Made by a program: the position numbers and the translations under genes. From Octopus bimaculoides (Eukaryota): a stretch of DNA of 64,000 bases. Positions within the stretch are counted from its first letter, which is position 1. Each line of letters begins with the position of its first letter. The stretch spans positions 11,660,518 through 11,724,517 of the forward strand of contig NC_068983.1 of the NCBI RefSeq assembly GCF_001194135.2, given 5' to 3'. Positions 13,572 through 26,055 of this stretch are shown here, one piece after another. The notes under the pieces are model-generated. The model searched no databases. It was not told the DNA's origin and worked only from the letters and a program-made list of their open reading frames with translations.

Positions 13572-14606
13572 ATCATCATCATCATCATCATCATCGTTTA
13601 ACGTCCGCTTTCCATGCTAGCATGGGTTGGACGATTTGACTGAGGACTGGTGAAACCGGATGGCAACACCAGGCTCCAATCTAATTTGGCAGAGTTTCTA
13701 CAGCTGGATGCCCTTCCTAACGCCAACCACTCAGAGAGTGTAGTGGGTGCTTTTACGTGTCACCCGCACGAAAACGGCCACGCTCAAAATGGTGTCTTTT
13801 AGGTGCCACCCGCACAAGCCAGTCCAGGGGCACTGGCAACGATCTCACTCGAAAATCCTACGGNNNNNNNNNNNNNNNNNNNNNNNNNNNNNNNNNNNNN
13901 NNNNNNNNNNNNNNNNNNNNNNNNNNNNNNNNNNNNNNNNNNNNNNNNNNNNNNNNNNNNNNNNNNNNNNNNNNNNNNNNNNNNNNNNNNNNNNNNNNNN
14001 NNNNNNNNNNNNNNNNNNNNNNNNNNNNNNNNNNNNNNNNNNNNNNNNNNNNNNNNNNNNNNNNNNNNNNNNNNNNNNNNNNNNNNNNNNNNNNNNNNNN
14101 NNNNNNNNNNNNNNNNNNNNNNNNNNNNNNNNNNNNNNNNNNNNNNNNNNNNNNNNNNNNNNNNNNNNNNNNNNNNNNNNNNNNNNNNNNNNNNNNNNNN
14201 NNNNNNNNNNNNNNNNNNNNNNNNNNNNNNNNNNNNNNNNNNNNNNNNNNNNNNNNNNGCGTGATTGTTACCAGCGTTGCCTTACTGGCACTTGTGCCGG
14301 TGGCACGTGAAAGACAAGATTTGAGCGAGGTCATTGCTAGTGCCGCTGGACTGGCTCCTGTGCAGGTGGCATGTAAAAACACCATTTGAGCGTGGTCGTT
14401 GCCAGTACTGCCTGACTGGCCCTTGTGCCAGTGGTACGTAAAAGCACCCACTACACTCTCGGAGTGGTTGGCATTAGGAAGGGAATCCAGCTGTAGAAAC
14501 CCTGGCAGATCAGATTGGAGTCTGGTGCAGCCATCTGGCTTGCCAGTCCTCTGTCAAACTGTCCAACCCATGCCAGCATGGAAAGCGGACATTAAATGAT
14601 GATGAT
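13572..14606. mobile_element. Head-to-head pair of GAT-tailed repeats (family C) spanning an N-gap
   Basis: The left end reads (cat)n cgtttaacgtccgctttccatgctagcatgggttgg and the right end reads its reverse complement followed by (gat)n; the interior contains an N-gap. Confidence 0.75.
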
Positions 14607-15027
14607 ATGTGTCTGTGAAGGTGTATGGCCTAGTGGTTAGGGTTTTATACTCACAATTGTGAGATCATGATTTCAATTCCTAGACTGGGTGGTGCATTGT
14701 GTTCTTGAGCAAAACACTTAATCTCTGCGATCACTTCAATACCTGACACGTGGCTTGATGGAGAGAATGAGCTAATGTGTAGCATAAACACTTGATCACT
14801 ATAAACAAATCACTTGTGAAGGTCGTTAGGCAAGCTGAGCACCCAGACAGGAGAGTCCATTATATATAGATATATATACACACACACATGCAATGGGATT
14901 CCATATAATTTCTGTCTAACAAATACACTCATAAAACATTGGTTGGCCTAAGGGTATTGTAGAAGACACTTGTCCATGGGGCACTTTCCTAGACAACAAA
15001 TAAAACTAATAAACTGCAAGGAATATT

Positions 15028-15319
15028 TTTTTTCCTTTTGCATCCTTTTTTTTAAAGCTTAGCCAGGCTCATGGGCCCAGCTTCCCGTTTTTTATGGCGT
15101 ATGTGTCCCCCCCGCCCACCAAGCTGGACGGGATGCTGGTCCATTGCAAGGAAGAAAGAGTGAGAGAAAGAGTACAACAGGGGTCGCCCCCCCTCCTGCC
15201 GGAGCCTCGTGGAGCTTTAGGTGTTTTCGCTCAATAAATACACACAACGCCCGGTCAGGGAATTGAAACTACGATCCTCTGACTGTGAGTCCGCTGCCCT
15301 AACCACTGAGCCATTGCGC
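15028..15319 (-). mobile_element. SINE with family D head and 14-bp TSD
   Basis: The head is the reverse complement of the 35922 head; ctgcaaggaatatt is duplicated at 15014-15027 and 15320-15333. Confidence 0.85.
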
Positions 15320-17085
15320 CTGCAAGGAATATTGCAAAGAATATAATCTTGAAGTCTAAATCAATATAAAAATCATCAGTACTACCAAAAACCAATGGTA
15401 TTAACTGGGATCAGTAAGTGAAAGTTAGGTATTTTATCTTCTAGTGGCAAAGTGCAAGTACTAAAATAGCGAGCTAAACATTATAATCTGGAAATCTTGA
15501 ACGTTTAATTTAATAAAATAAATCTGTATAAATAACAATACATTATATTTATAAAGAGTGTTTGGTCATGATAATGAAGAAGAAATAATAATCTCTCATC
15601 CTGCATAAAGAATATTAACCCAAACTCTCCTCTTTCTGAAGTAATTTTTCTTGGCACTTTAAATGCTTCCAGGCAACTCTATGAGTTTAAAGAGAAAATC
15701 ATGTGCTATTTTGAAGAACTTACATCAGCTGATTTTCTTTTCCATCCTTATTCTTGACTAAGCTATTGATTCTTTAAACATTCTTGGTATTTTACTGACT
15801 TCCAAATGCAACAACCTCTATACATATATCAGCAGCTTTCTATTGCTTTCACATTGTATACTAAGAAGCTCATATGGAACTACTGAATGTCAAGGGGTCA
15901 TACACACGTGCTATACTTTTACTATCTATTGTATCTGCCATTTGAAACTCACTAACTATATTCAGTCCCTCCTTTCTATCTGTATGAAATTTTACATGTT
16001 GTATTCAAAAGGCGGTGGGGGTGGGGTGGCATCCACATTTCCTAGCATCATGTTGATCATAAACTTATGTATTTCTTCCTTGAACAATATGTTAAATTAA
16101 TATTTAAGATTCGGAACAAGTATTCACTGTTAGGAGTCTAGACTATTATTAACAAGATTATTCTATACTTTACAAAATAGTTGGAATATTTGTAGAGACA
16201 GAGAGATATTTGGTTTACTAAATGCATTAATAAAATCTCAGTAACATACTCAATCTGCCTCAAAATAATTAAAAGTATTAATAATGTTTGAAAGAAAATA
16301 AATAGTAGAACTATATTTAAGTCATGTTCATACCTGTAATTGGGGGGGGGGGGATTCATGAGAGAAAATGATAGGTCAGTGCAGCTAGTAGCCTGTGCTG
16401 CAGAAATCACCAGAATTCAGATAGAAAACAAAAACAAACAAACAAAAAAAACCCACTAAAATGGCCATGGAACAAATAAAAGACAATTATCAATGGTTGA
16501 GTAAAATGAGAAGAATGAACGCTAAAATATGCTGAGAGATCTTTCAAATGTCAATGGAAATTTATCAATTTTTATGATTTGGTATTTCATTAGAAGACCA
16601 CAATGTAAAGATTATGAGCACATATCCCCAAACAGATATTTTGAGCATGATGATGTATATATATATATGTAGATATAATTCTGTGTGACCTTCCCAACAT
16701 TATCATTCCATCTCTATTGTTTTCCTTTTGCTCATAATTGTCATCATTATAACCGTTAAAATAACTAAAACATTTTAAGAATATGAATAAAAACCTATAC
16801 AATTAGATATCAGTTCTTTATCTAAATAGCAATAATTATTTCTTAAGCCTCTTTTATCTTTTATCTTCTTTCAATCATTGGACTGTGGCCATGCTGGTGC
16901 ACACCACCCTGAAGGATTCAGTTGATTAGACCAATCCCACTATTTATTGTTTTTAAATGTAGTACTTATTCTATTGATCTCTTTTGCCAAACCACTAAGT
17001 TATTGGGACACAAACAAATCCAACACTGGTTGTCAAGAGATAGGCTGAGGACAAACATATTCACAAAGACACACACACACAGATA

Positions 17086-17647
17086 TGCAGGAAGTAAATA
17101 GACACCTTTAATTTTCAAAATTTCTGATCTAAGTATCTTAATATGTTTTCAGCTATGTAGAATTTACAATGTAATTATTCTTTTTCATTCCAGGTGCCAT
17201 TATATTAAGCATTTGTGAAGAGTAACCATGCCACGCACAAAAAATGCAGCAGAACTGTCGGATTTTCAAAGGGGTTGTGTTGTTGGGCAATCTGAGGCTG
17301 GTCTTAGCCAGCAAAAAATTGCTGAAAATCTTCAAATTCCTCTTGCTACTGTTAATAGAATTATAGTGCAATTCAAAAGCCAAGGAAAAGAATCAACAGA
17401 TTCTCGTCCCGGCCAACCTGGGCCCTCGGAAAGGAAGCTTCACTGTTTGAAGAGAATTGTGGAAAACGAAACCCATTTGAAGGCTTCTGACATTGCAAAA
17501 TACCTAGAAGTAAGTCCAAGAACGTGTGTTACATATCTGCATAAGCTTGGGTATTATGGACGAGCAGCTAGAAGAAAACTTCTCCTTCAACCAATTAATA
17601 TCAAATGAAAGATTTTGAAAATTAAAGGTGCCTATTTACTTCCTGCA
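17086..17647 (+). mobile_element. Internally deleted Tc1/mariner DNA transposon with TIRs
   Basis: 37-bp inverted repeats at 17085-17121 and 17612-17648 (1 mismatch); TA on the left flank and TG on the right; internal Tc1-type DNA-binding ORF. Confidence 0.88.
17228..17608 (+). CDS. Truncated Tc1 transposase (N-terminal HTH DNA-binding domains only, 126 aa)
   Basis: [35 protein letters not shown] is a paired-like HTH; a second HTH and [13 protein letters not shown] resemble the Tc1 GxxxRxxRKKPLL motif. The ORF stops just before the right TIR and lacks the DDE domain. Expression is unknown. Confidence 0.7.
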   Translation: MPRTKNAAELSDFQRGCVVGQSEAGLSQQKIAENLQIPLATVNRIIVQFKSQGKESTDSRPGQPGPSERKLHCLKRIVENETHLKASDIAKYLEVSPRTCVTYLHKLGYYGRAARRKLLLQPINIK

Positions 17648-17977
17648 TGTCTGTGTATATATGATAAGATTCAATACAGTTTCTGTCTACCAAATTCACT
17701 CACAGGGCATTGGTCAAACTAGGGCTATAATAGAAGACACTTGCCCAACATGTCATGCAGTGGAACTGAACCTGAAACCGCATGGTTGCAAAGTGAGTTT
17801 CTTAACTACGCAACCTAACCCTAACCCATACACATTCATGCCTATAAGAAAAGGAGTGACAAATCACAGTGCTGATGTATTTCCCAAAGACACTGATACT
17901 AATAAAAGTGATGTGACTGGAAAAATCAAAACCAAGCAATAGGCTTCTATTAATATAACATTAACGACTGACCGCCT

Positions 17978-18164
17978 GACTCAAAGTGCTGCAGAAGCAG
18001 TTCGTTCCGAGGCTGAAAGGTTAACATAACAAAGACCTAAATATTCATTTATACAAGAGAACACAAAATAACAGCATCAACTGCAGATTGGCCTTTCTTG
18101 ATATGGAGAAAGGGAATATGTAAAAACTTGACATCATTACTCAGAGCAAGCAACAGCTACATTC
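17978..18164. repeat. Local direct duplication, copy 1 (copy 2 at 19376-19562)
   Basis: 187 bp with one mismatch seen (gagcaag versus gaacaag). Confidence 0.9.
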
Positions 18165-18678
18165 GTAAAAGCACCCACTACACTCTCGGAGTTGTTGGCG
18201 TTAGGAAGGGCATCCAGCTGTAGAAACTCTGCCAGATCAGATTGGAGCCTGGTGTAGCCATCTGGTTCACCAGACCTCAGTCAAATTGTCCAACCCATGC
18301 TAGCATGGAAAGCGGACGTTAAACGATGATGATGATGATGATCAGTTCACATGTATGCAGGGTAGTATAGTGTTATGGTGACAAATAGCTCAAATTACAG
18401 TGTGCACTCAAATATAAGAATTTTTTTATGTCAGTTATTATTAACAGGTAAGGGTAAAAGATTTTCAGATTATTAAACCACACATCGTGCGGGTGACACG
18501 TAAAAGCACCCACTACACTCTCTGAGTGGTTGGCGTTAGGAAGGGCATCCAGCTGTAGAAACTCTGCCAAATTAGATTGGAGCCTGGTGTTGCCATCCGG
18601 TTTCACCAGTCCTCAGTCAAATCATCCAACCCATGCTAGCATGGAAAGCGGACGTTAAACGATGATGATGATGATGAT
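18165..18678 (+). mobile_element. Two direct family C (GAT-tailed) fragments
   Basis: 18165-18342 and 18486-18678 both end in ccaacccatgctagcatggaaagcggacgttaaacgatgatgat. Further copies lie at about 11010-11100, 29790-29900, 49668-49790, 58195-58450 and 60460-60740. Confidence 0.85.
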
Positions 18679-18752
18679 CTCTTTATAAATTTCTTTTATG
18701 AATATCATACATGTAACTATTAGTAATCACTCATAAAATTTAGTCAAGCAGA

Positions 18753-18819
<67 letters not shown>

Positions 18820-19752
18820 CACATACACAAACGCTGCACTTGCAGTATAATGTCCTTAATGCTGAATTTTTATTTTATGAATCTCTATAGACATTTTTAC
18901 AGAAAAGGAGTCAATTTAATAAAACTCAATGAATTACTGATACACAGAACTTGGAGAGAAACAAAATATATTAACCTATCACCTTTATATTCTCCATGAT
19001 ATTAATGAATAACTATCATGGAAACATTGAAAGCTTTAAATAATAAAGACATCATCTAACACGTGCAGGGCCATAAATACCTTTCAAGCTGTCATACACC
19101 AATTTTATAATTTAACTGCAATGTTATTAATTTTATCTATCTATTGTGTAGAAGTAGTATGGTAATAGTTGTATTTCTACCTGTGTTCAGGCTCCATAGT
19201 AAATTTTATTATAAAATCATTGTAATTAATGGTAATGCTTAAGTGGTGAAATTAGTGTACAAGTGAATATTCATCAAAGCTTAGCTGACAGTTTTCCTTT
19301 TTATTTTCTTTATTGTCTCTTTAGGACCAGCTTTCCTTAGAAACTTTATATGCTGATGAGAGAGTTTCCACTGCAGACTCAAAGTGCTGCAGAAGCAGTT
19401 CGTTCCGAGGCTGAAAGGTTAACATAACAAAGACCTAAATATTCATTTATACAAGAGAACACAAAATAACAGCATCAACTGCAGATTGGCCTTTCTTGAT
19501 ATGGAGAAAGGGAATATGTAAAAACTTGACATCATTACTCAGAACAAGCAACAGCTACATTCAAGATGCAGTAGGACTAGTAGTGAACAATGACTGCACG
19601 AGATATACAAGATTAGTTATTAAAGGGGTACCAATGAAGTGAAGACTATTGAAATATTGAAATATTCAAACGTCTCACTAGATGTAGTAAATAGCGTCTT
19701 CTCTTTGGATGTGTGCAAGAGGTGGGTGTAATTATAGTAGCTACAGGAAGAA

Positions 19753-19916
19753 AGGCGCAGGAGTGGCTGTGTGGTAAGTAGCTTGCTTACCAACTACATG
19801 TTTCCGGGTTCAGTCCCACTGTGTGGCATCTTGGGCAAGTGTCTTCTACTATAGCCTCAGGCCGACCAAAGCCTTGTGAGTAGATTTGGTAGACGGAAAC
19901 TGAAAGAAGCCCATCG

Positions 19917-19987
<71 letters not shown>

Positions 19988-20182
19988 TTGTCCCCCTAGC
20001 ATTGCTTGACAACTGATGCTGGTGTGTTTACATCCCCGTAACTTAGCGGTTCGGCAAAAGAGACCGATAGAATAAGTACTAGGCTTACAAAGAATAAGTC
20101 CCGGGGTCGATTTGCTCGACTAAAGGCGGTGCTCCAGCATGGTCGCAGTCAAATGACTGAAACAAGTAAAAGAGTAAAAGAG
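19753..20182 (+). mobile_element. tRNA-derived SINE family A, full length
   Basis: Head aggcgcaggagtggctgtgtggtaag, B-box-like ggttcagtccc, central (TA)(TG) repeat, tail gtaaaagagtaaaagag. Confidence 0.9.
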
Positions 20183-23100
20183 TGAAAGCAGTTCAGATAA
20201 TAGTCACTTCTTTTGACAACAAAAGGTTTCTCTCCCAATGTTATAGGCAGCAATCCATATGAAACTTAAGTAAGAAGCATAATGCTGTATGATAGTGTGA
20301 GACTAATCTAATAAAGATTTCCAGAATCAGAAGAGAAATAAATTGTATACTATCTGAGAGTGTGATGGAAGTATGCAAAAGAATCAGCTTCATTAGTATG
20401 GATGTGCTAACGGTGGAAGGTACTTGTAGCAAATGAAGACCAAAAGAAAGAAGTGATAAGATTGGATTTCAGAATGTTGGCCTTCATAAGTAAATGATTC
20501 ACAATCAAGAGTGGCAATATGCCATGCTGCAAAACCACTTCCAACACCTTAATAAAACAAACATTAAAAACAACACTGATGTTGACACTCTAGTATTTAT
20601 TTTATCTTATATATATATCTGACGTTACCGCCAGAAAAAATAACTTAAATATAAATATTTAATCCAATGATGTTGATGAAACAGAAGTTCAATTCTGCTA
20701 TCTAAGAACAAGTTTATATTAAAATTAGGAAATTGTGTCCTCGTTTAGTAAAGTCATTTAATCAACTTTTTAAAATTTGAAGAGGACCAAGATTTCCAAA
20801 TAATTAGTTACAGAAAATTGATATTTTAGCACTATAATTTGCGATGCACATTTCACACTTCTAGGTAAAGATTGAAACAATTAGTAGTGCTAATTAAGTC
20901 TAACAATTTCAGACAACCAATCATGGAGGCCTAAAACTGACACTTGGCTAAGTTAATTGTCATTTAAGACAGCAGGTTATTATTAGGTGATATGATTGCC
21001 ATAAAAAATTTTATAGAAACCATTAAACTAAAATTGTTTTCAAGTCAAACAAATATTCATTGACTGCTACAGTTTAAGAAAAAACAAAAAACTACTTTAT
21101 AGTGACATAAGTAATGTGCATATATAATTTTTAAGATGTTAGTGGGTTTTAATTATTGTATGACAAAATTATTCAAAGCATACAAAACTAATCAGGAAAT
21201 TTTAAAATAAAATCCTTCACATCAGCTTTTGAAAAATCTATTGATTATAATATAAAAGAATTAAAATCTGCAAAATTAATTAGGTCAGTAATCACATCAT
21301 ATCTATGCATTATTTACAAACAAACCAACACATAACCTTTTGTTAAAATTCTTATTAACAAACTAATTTCCCAACTCTAACTCCAGTTCAAGAATTTCAT
21401 AACAGTTAATGTTACTTAAGAAATAATCATTAGTTTTCAACCATTTTCGATATAAAAAAATTGTCTTCATGCATTTCTACTTGAATAAAATAATTTTCTT
21501 TGTAAGTTTGACAGAGACAAGCAATTGTTTTTGTGATCTTTGAAAGGCCTCCTACACAGGAAATTACTGTGGTTAAAGTGAAATGAATATCTATAGGTTA
21601 ATGTCTCTAGAAAAATGTGGGCAATGGAAGAATTTGATAAGGTAAAGTGCTCAGTATGGAATTTAAGAAAAGAGACTGATGTCTCACATTAACCTGGATG
21701 TAAATAACTAATTTAGCAGAGCAGAGACTATTGTAGTAGCTATAAAATAACCAGAGAGAAGATACAGTATAATTATGAATTAACAATTGTAGCATGTTGG
21801 TGAATGAATCTTTGTCAATCAACTGGATTACTCTCTTCTGGATATTAGTCTCCTATATTTTGTGTATATAGTAGTAGTAGTAGTAGTCCTAAGTGAGTAC
21901 AGTATGTGGCATATATTTGAGCCTTGAATAGATCAACAAGTGAGTTTATGCAAAGTACTTTCTGGCCCTATAGAGGAAACTTAATCTTTAAGATGCAATT
22001 CAGACCATGTTATAGCTATGTAGCCACTATTAAATATATCAGATGTTCTGGAGCCAAACATTTGTAATCAACAATAATTTCACTTGCATAATGTTCACAA
22101 GTAGAGAAAAGTACTGTTATGGAATTGCTTCCACAATATGTAGCAACAGTCTTTTAAAGATTAGATTGTCATGTCCTCGTTGAAGGATAGGGCTCTGTTC
22201 ATGGAAGTAGTTAGAGTTTGTCGAGCATGCAAATGAAAGCTGTGTGTATATAATTAGAGAGTGAAAATGACATCATCTGCATAGGTTGTGTTAGAATTAA
22301 TTGCAAGCATATTGTGATCTACAGAAAGATGAAATTCGAAGATATGACCAAACCATGGAGTACACCACAGTTGTACTCCATGGTTAGGTTGGAAAGAGCT
22401 CTATCAGTACATGCTGGCAGAGAAAAACTGACCCAAGGAATGAGAGACAGGCAATGAAAAATAAGTAAGCTTTGAGGTTCTTATGCTAGATCCAGAGAAA
22501 GGTTTTACCTATGTCAAAGCAACAGCATTACCAAAGTTCTCAAGAGTGAAATACCATTGGTGGTAGTCTATAAGGTTGGACAGACACAAAATAATGAAAG
22601 AGATGATTGTTTAGGATTTTGAGTAGTTAGAAGTGAGACATGAAATTGGTAGTCAGAATGATTGCTCCTTATGGGGATGAAACGTGTAGTATATTTCCAT
22701 AAACTTGAATTGATTACTATAAAGCCTTAAGGGTTAAAGAATTTGATAAGTGTGTAAGATTAACCCTGGAGCACGATGTTTGGAGGTATTGGAAGGGATA
22801 CTATTGGGATTGGGATCAATTATTTTTGTTGGAAAAGATTTTGTGCTTAGTGACTGTGTATATATGGTGGAGTGAAGAAGATTTTTGAATTAGTTTTACT
22901 GAACTGAGTATATGCCTTATAGAGACTGAAACAAAGCTGACAGCAAACAAAGGTATAGTTTGTGTTTATTTTTTGTTATATTTAAACATTTAAAAAACCA
23001 GTTTTAACAATAAAAAAAATTTCTCTCTTTTAAATATATACAAAAATTCTTTAAAGGAAGTAATATAGAAAATATGATAAATGTAATTTGTTTGGAAAAT

Positions 23101-25016
23101 TAAAAATCTCATGAACTTATTCAAATAAGCTTTCTTCTCACATGTAAAGACACTAAAACAGCATTGCAATTTGATATATTACTTTAGTATAAATATGAGG
23201 GTAACTCTGAGATGAATCTAATTAATTTCTTAATGATTATTTCAGCAGCATTTCCTGCAGAAAAATCCAGCTTCTGTCAGATGCACTCCAATTGCAAAAT
23301 CGAACGTTTTTGTCTCTTGCTTTGACTTCAATTTCACCTTCCACATGATCAAGTCTCCTTAAAGCTACTATTTCATGGTGAGGTGTTCCTAAGAGAACAT
23401 CTCACCAATATAACAGTACAGGTAGGGAGTAAATAGATTAAGAATCTAAGAACTCTCTTAACTGACTGACTGATCAGTTTTTTGCAACAAAGCAGCCTTT
23501 ATGAACAACATTAGAATATCTGATTTTTTTTTTTGTTTTTTACTAGTTTGCCATTTTAAATTCCTCATCAGAAGTCTCTCTTTCCCTTTTCAACAATTGC
23601 CAGTATGGTTTCTGTGAACCCAAATTTACAAGAGATCTGTTTTCCTATATCATGAAACAACGGTCTGTTGATTTGAGAACTTTCATGATAGCAATGCTGC
23701 TGCCCTTAAGCCTTTGACTGTATTTCACTGTTACTTCTACAACATATGCTATTACATATATGAAACAATCCTTCACTCATCCTAAACCATCCACACACAG
23801 GTGCCATTTACACACACTCTAGATACATGAAATTTACCCTGTTTCCGTAAAGAATTCAAAATATATGTTAATAATAACAGGACAATCTAAGCGAAGCATG
23901 GGTAACTTTTCTCAAGAAGCATGCTACATGAGACATAGCTCATTATAAAGAGAGCTGCACTACTAAAAAAATTCAAGGTCATTTTTCATTAGGTTTGTCA
24001 CTGGGAAAGTTCTGCAGGTCACATGCAGCCTATCAACTGCAGTTTGCCAAACTGACCCAAACTGTACAGGCAAAAGTTGCATTTCAAAGACTAGGTTTCT
24101 TTGTTAAGGCCAGGAAATACTTCAGTTGTGTTCAGTTTCTAATATATGTAGGAGAGTGATGGTACTACATACATAAAAAGAAGTCATCTGACTGACAGGA
24201 AAGCATTTATTCACAAGTATTTTATAACTACTGCCGTGCAGATGCACTACTTTATTTCTCTATCTTTTCCATTGCCAGTTTCACACAACAAACCCCCAAG
24301 CTAAATGCTTTGCCTAGTCTTCTAATTCCAAAATTTCAGCTCACTGGGCTCCCTCTTGGATTATACTTTCCTACAATCTTCAATCTGCAGAAGTTTAGAA
24401 CATAAAACCTGAAGCAGCCTCACCAGTAAGATAGAGCTTTCAAAATTCATGAATGTTGTATAACTTTCTTTGACAACAACTTTTCATAATTAAAAAAAAA
24501 AAAAGAAAAGAAATTAAACTAGAAAATGAGAAAAATATTGCAATACAGATCTAAATACTACATATTTTAAATTCAGATAGTGTGAAGTATGCTTCATTTG
24601 AAAATGAAATATTAGCCTACATCAAAGAGAGAGAGAGAGAGAGTTGTCTAAGATGGTATGACAACAAAATATGTGAAGGGTACCTGAAGCAGAGTAAAAG
24701 TGAAGATGTGGGATGAAGTGGTGTCAGGACCAAAGACAAGGAGACTGACACAGATAGTGCCAGTCTTGTTATTTCATTTGTTCACAACCATACCAACAAA
24801 TTTGGCCAACCCATGTCATCAATGAAAACTGAATATAAAAATGTTGATGATGAAATTGTTTCATTAATCATGAAATATTTTAAAACAATAACAACTGCTA
24901 CACAGTTATAAAAAAATGTCTTTCTCTCAAATAATACCCAAGATAATTTATACATGCATAAAGTTTAACAATAATAGTGTGTAATAGAAATGAGATAATA
25001 GATTACAGAATCATAA

Positions 25017-25209
25017 AAAGAAAATATTAATTTTTGTCCTTTTTTTAATTGTTCCTTTTTTATGTAAATTGAAATAAAAAGTATTAAGTTACAATCCCAC
25101 AGGCATAGATCTCACCATTCCTCTATTCAAGATCAATAAAATAAATCCTAGTCATTTCTGGGGCCATTGCAATCAACTACATATTTCCTTAATATTTGTA
25201 AGAAATCTT
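25017..25209. repeat. Local direct duplication, copy 1 (copy 2 at 29546-29737)
   Basis: About 193 bp of near-identical AT-rich sequence with few substitutions. Confidence 0.9.
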
Positions 25210-25327
25210 GGTGTGTTATTTCTGTTGTTTTATTTTTTTCGATGACTCAAAAAACAACTAAAATATGAAATTTCAGGACCAATATTTTTAAAATTTAATT
25301 ATAAAAAGGAAAATTGAAGCTACTTAC

Positions 25328-26055
25328 TTTAATCTATCTCTCGAGGGTTCTCGAGATGAATCCCTAGGTTTTCGTTGATCTCTTTCATGGTAATGATCTC
25401 CAGTTTCTCGTCCAGAATGATCTACACGTTTTTCATCATTAAATCTATCAGTAGAACCATCCCTGAAACGTCCTTGATGTTTTTCCCTATTCCTTTCATC
25501 TTTTTCGTGTGATTTATCTCTGTCTGAACGTTTATCATAACGCCTGGCAGATTCCTCTCTTGAATGTACTTTCCCATCATGATGTTTTGATCCTTCAACA
25601 TTGCTTCCTCGAGCAGATGGTCCACGTTCTACGTCTCTGCCACGGTCTTGTAATTGACCTTTTTCTCGAAGTTTTTCTTTCTCAGATACAATAGTTCCAC
25701 TGGTATTATCTGTTGGTCGATCTTTCAAATCGTTTTGCTTATTTCCTTGGACTTCAGACAATGAATACTGACGCTTTAAACCACGGTTTTGTAAACTCCC
25801 TGATCGAGAAACAGACTTTTTATCAATATTTTCTTTTTCAGAACTAGCCCCATTGTCAGTTTGTTGTTTTGCTAAAATCTTTGCTTTCTTTTCATTCGGT
25901 GGGCTGACATCTGTTTTTGTAGAAGCTGTTTCACTACCAGAAGCGGTATCACCGACATCAAGAGCAACAGGTCGTGCCATACCGCCATGATACCAAGCCC
26001 CAGTCTTTGCTAAAATCTCTTGCTTTTTACGACATAAATTGCATGACCATATTAC
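25328..26055 (-). CDS. RIMS2: RIM internal exon: last Zn-finger CxxC, TGAWYH motif and charged low-complexity region
   Basis: Acceptor attaacag|GTA ATA TGG gives VIWSCNLCRKKQEILAKTGAWYHGGMARPVALD..., comparable to vertebrate VMWVCNLCRKQQEILTKSGAWFY. It continues open into ORF 25324..25980. Donor AA|gtaagt at 25327. 728 nt, phase 0 to phase 2, in frame with the upstream exon. Confidence 0.93.

Larger units (their letters stand above)
16850..17815 (-). mobile_element. Older SINE family A copy split by the Tc1 insertion
   Basis: The 3' half lies at 16850-17083 and the 5' head at about 17660-17815, on either side of the Tc1 TIRs. Confidence 0.7.

Noticed and set aside
19320-19740. Plus-strand acceptor-like site and protein-like reading (QSAAEAVRSEAERL)
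   Set aside because: All frames contain stops and I recognise no family; only the duplication is reported.
1-25327. Downstream RIM exons (toward PDZ and C2A)
   Set aside because: The candidate acceptors I tested, for example near 24390, gave early stops. Short or divergent exons, or exons inside gaps, may have been missed.
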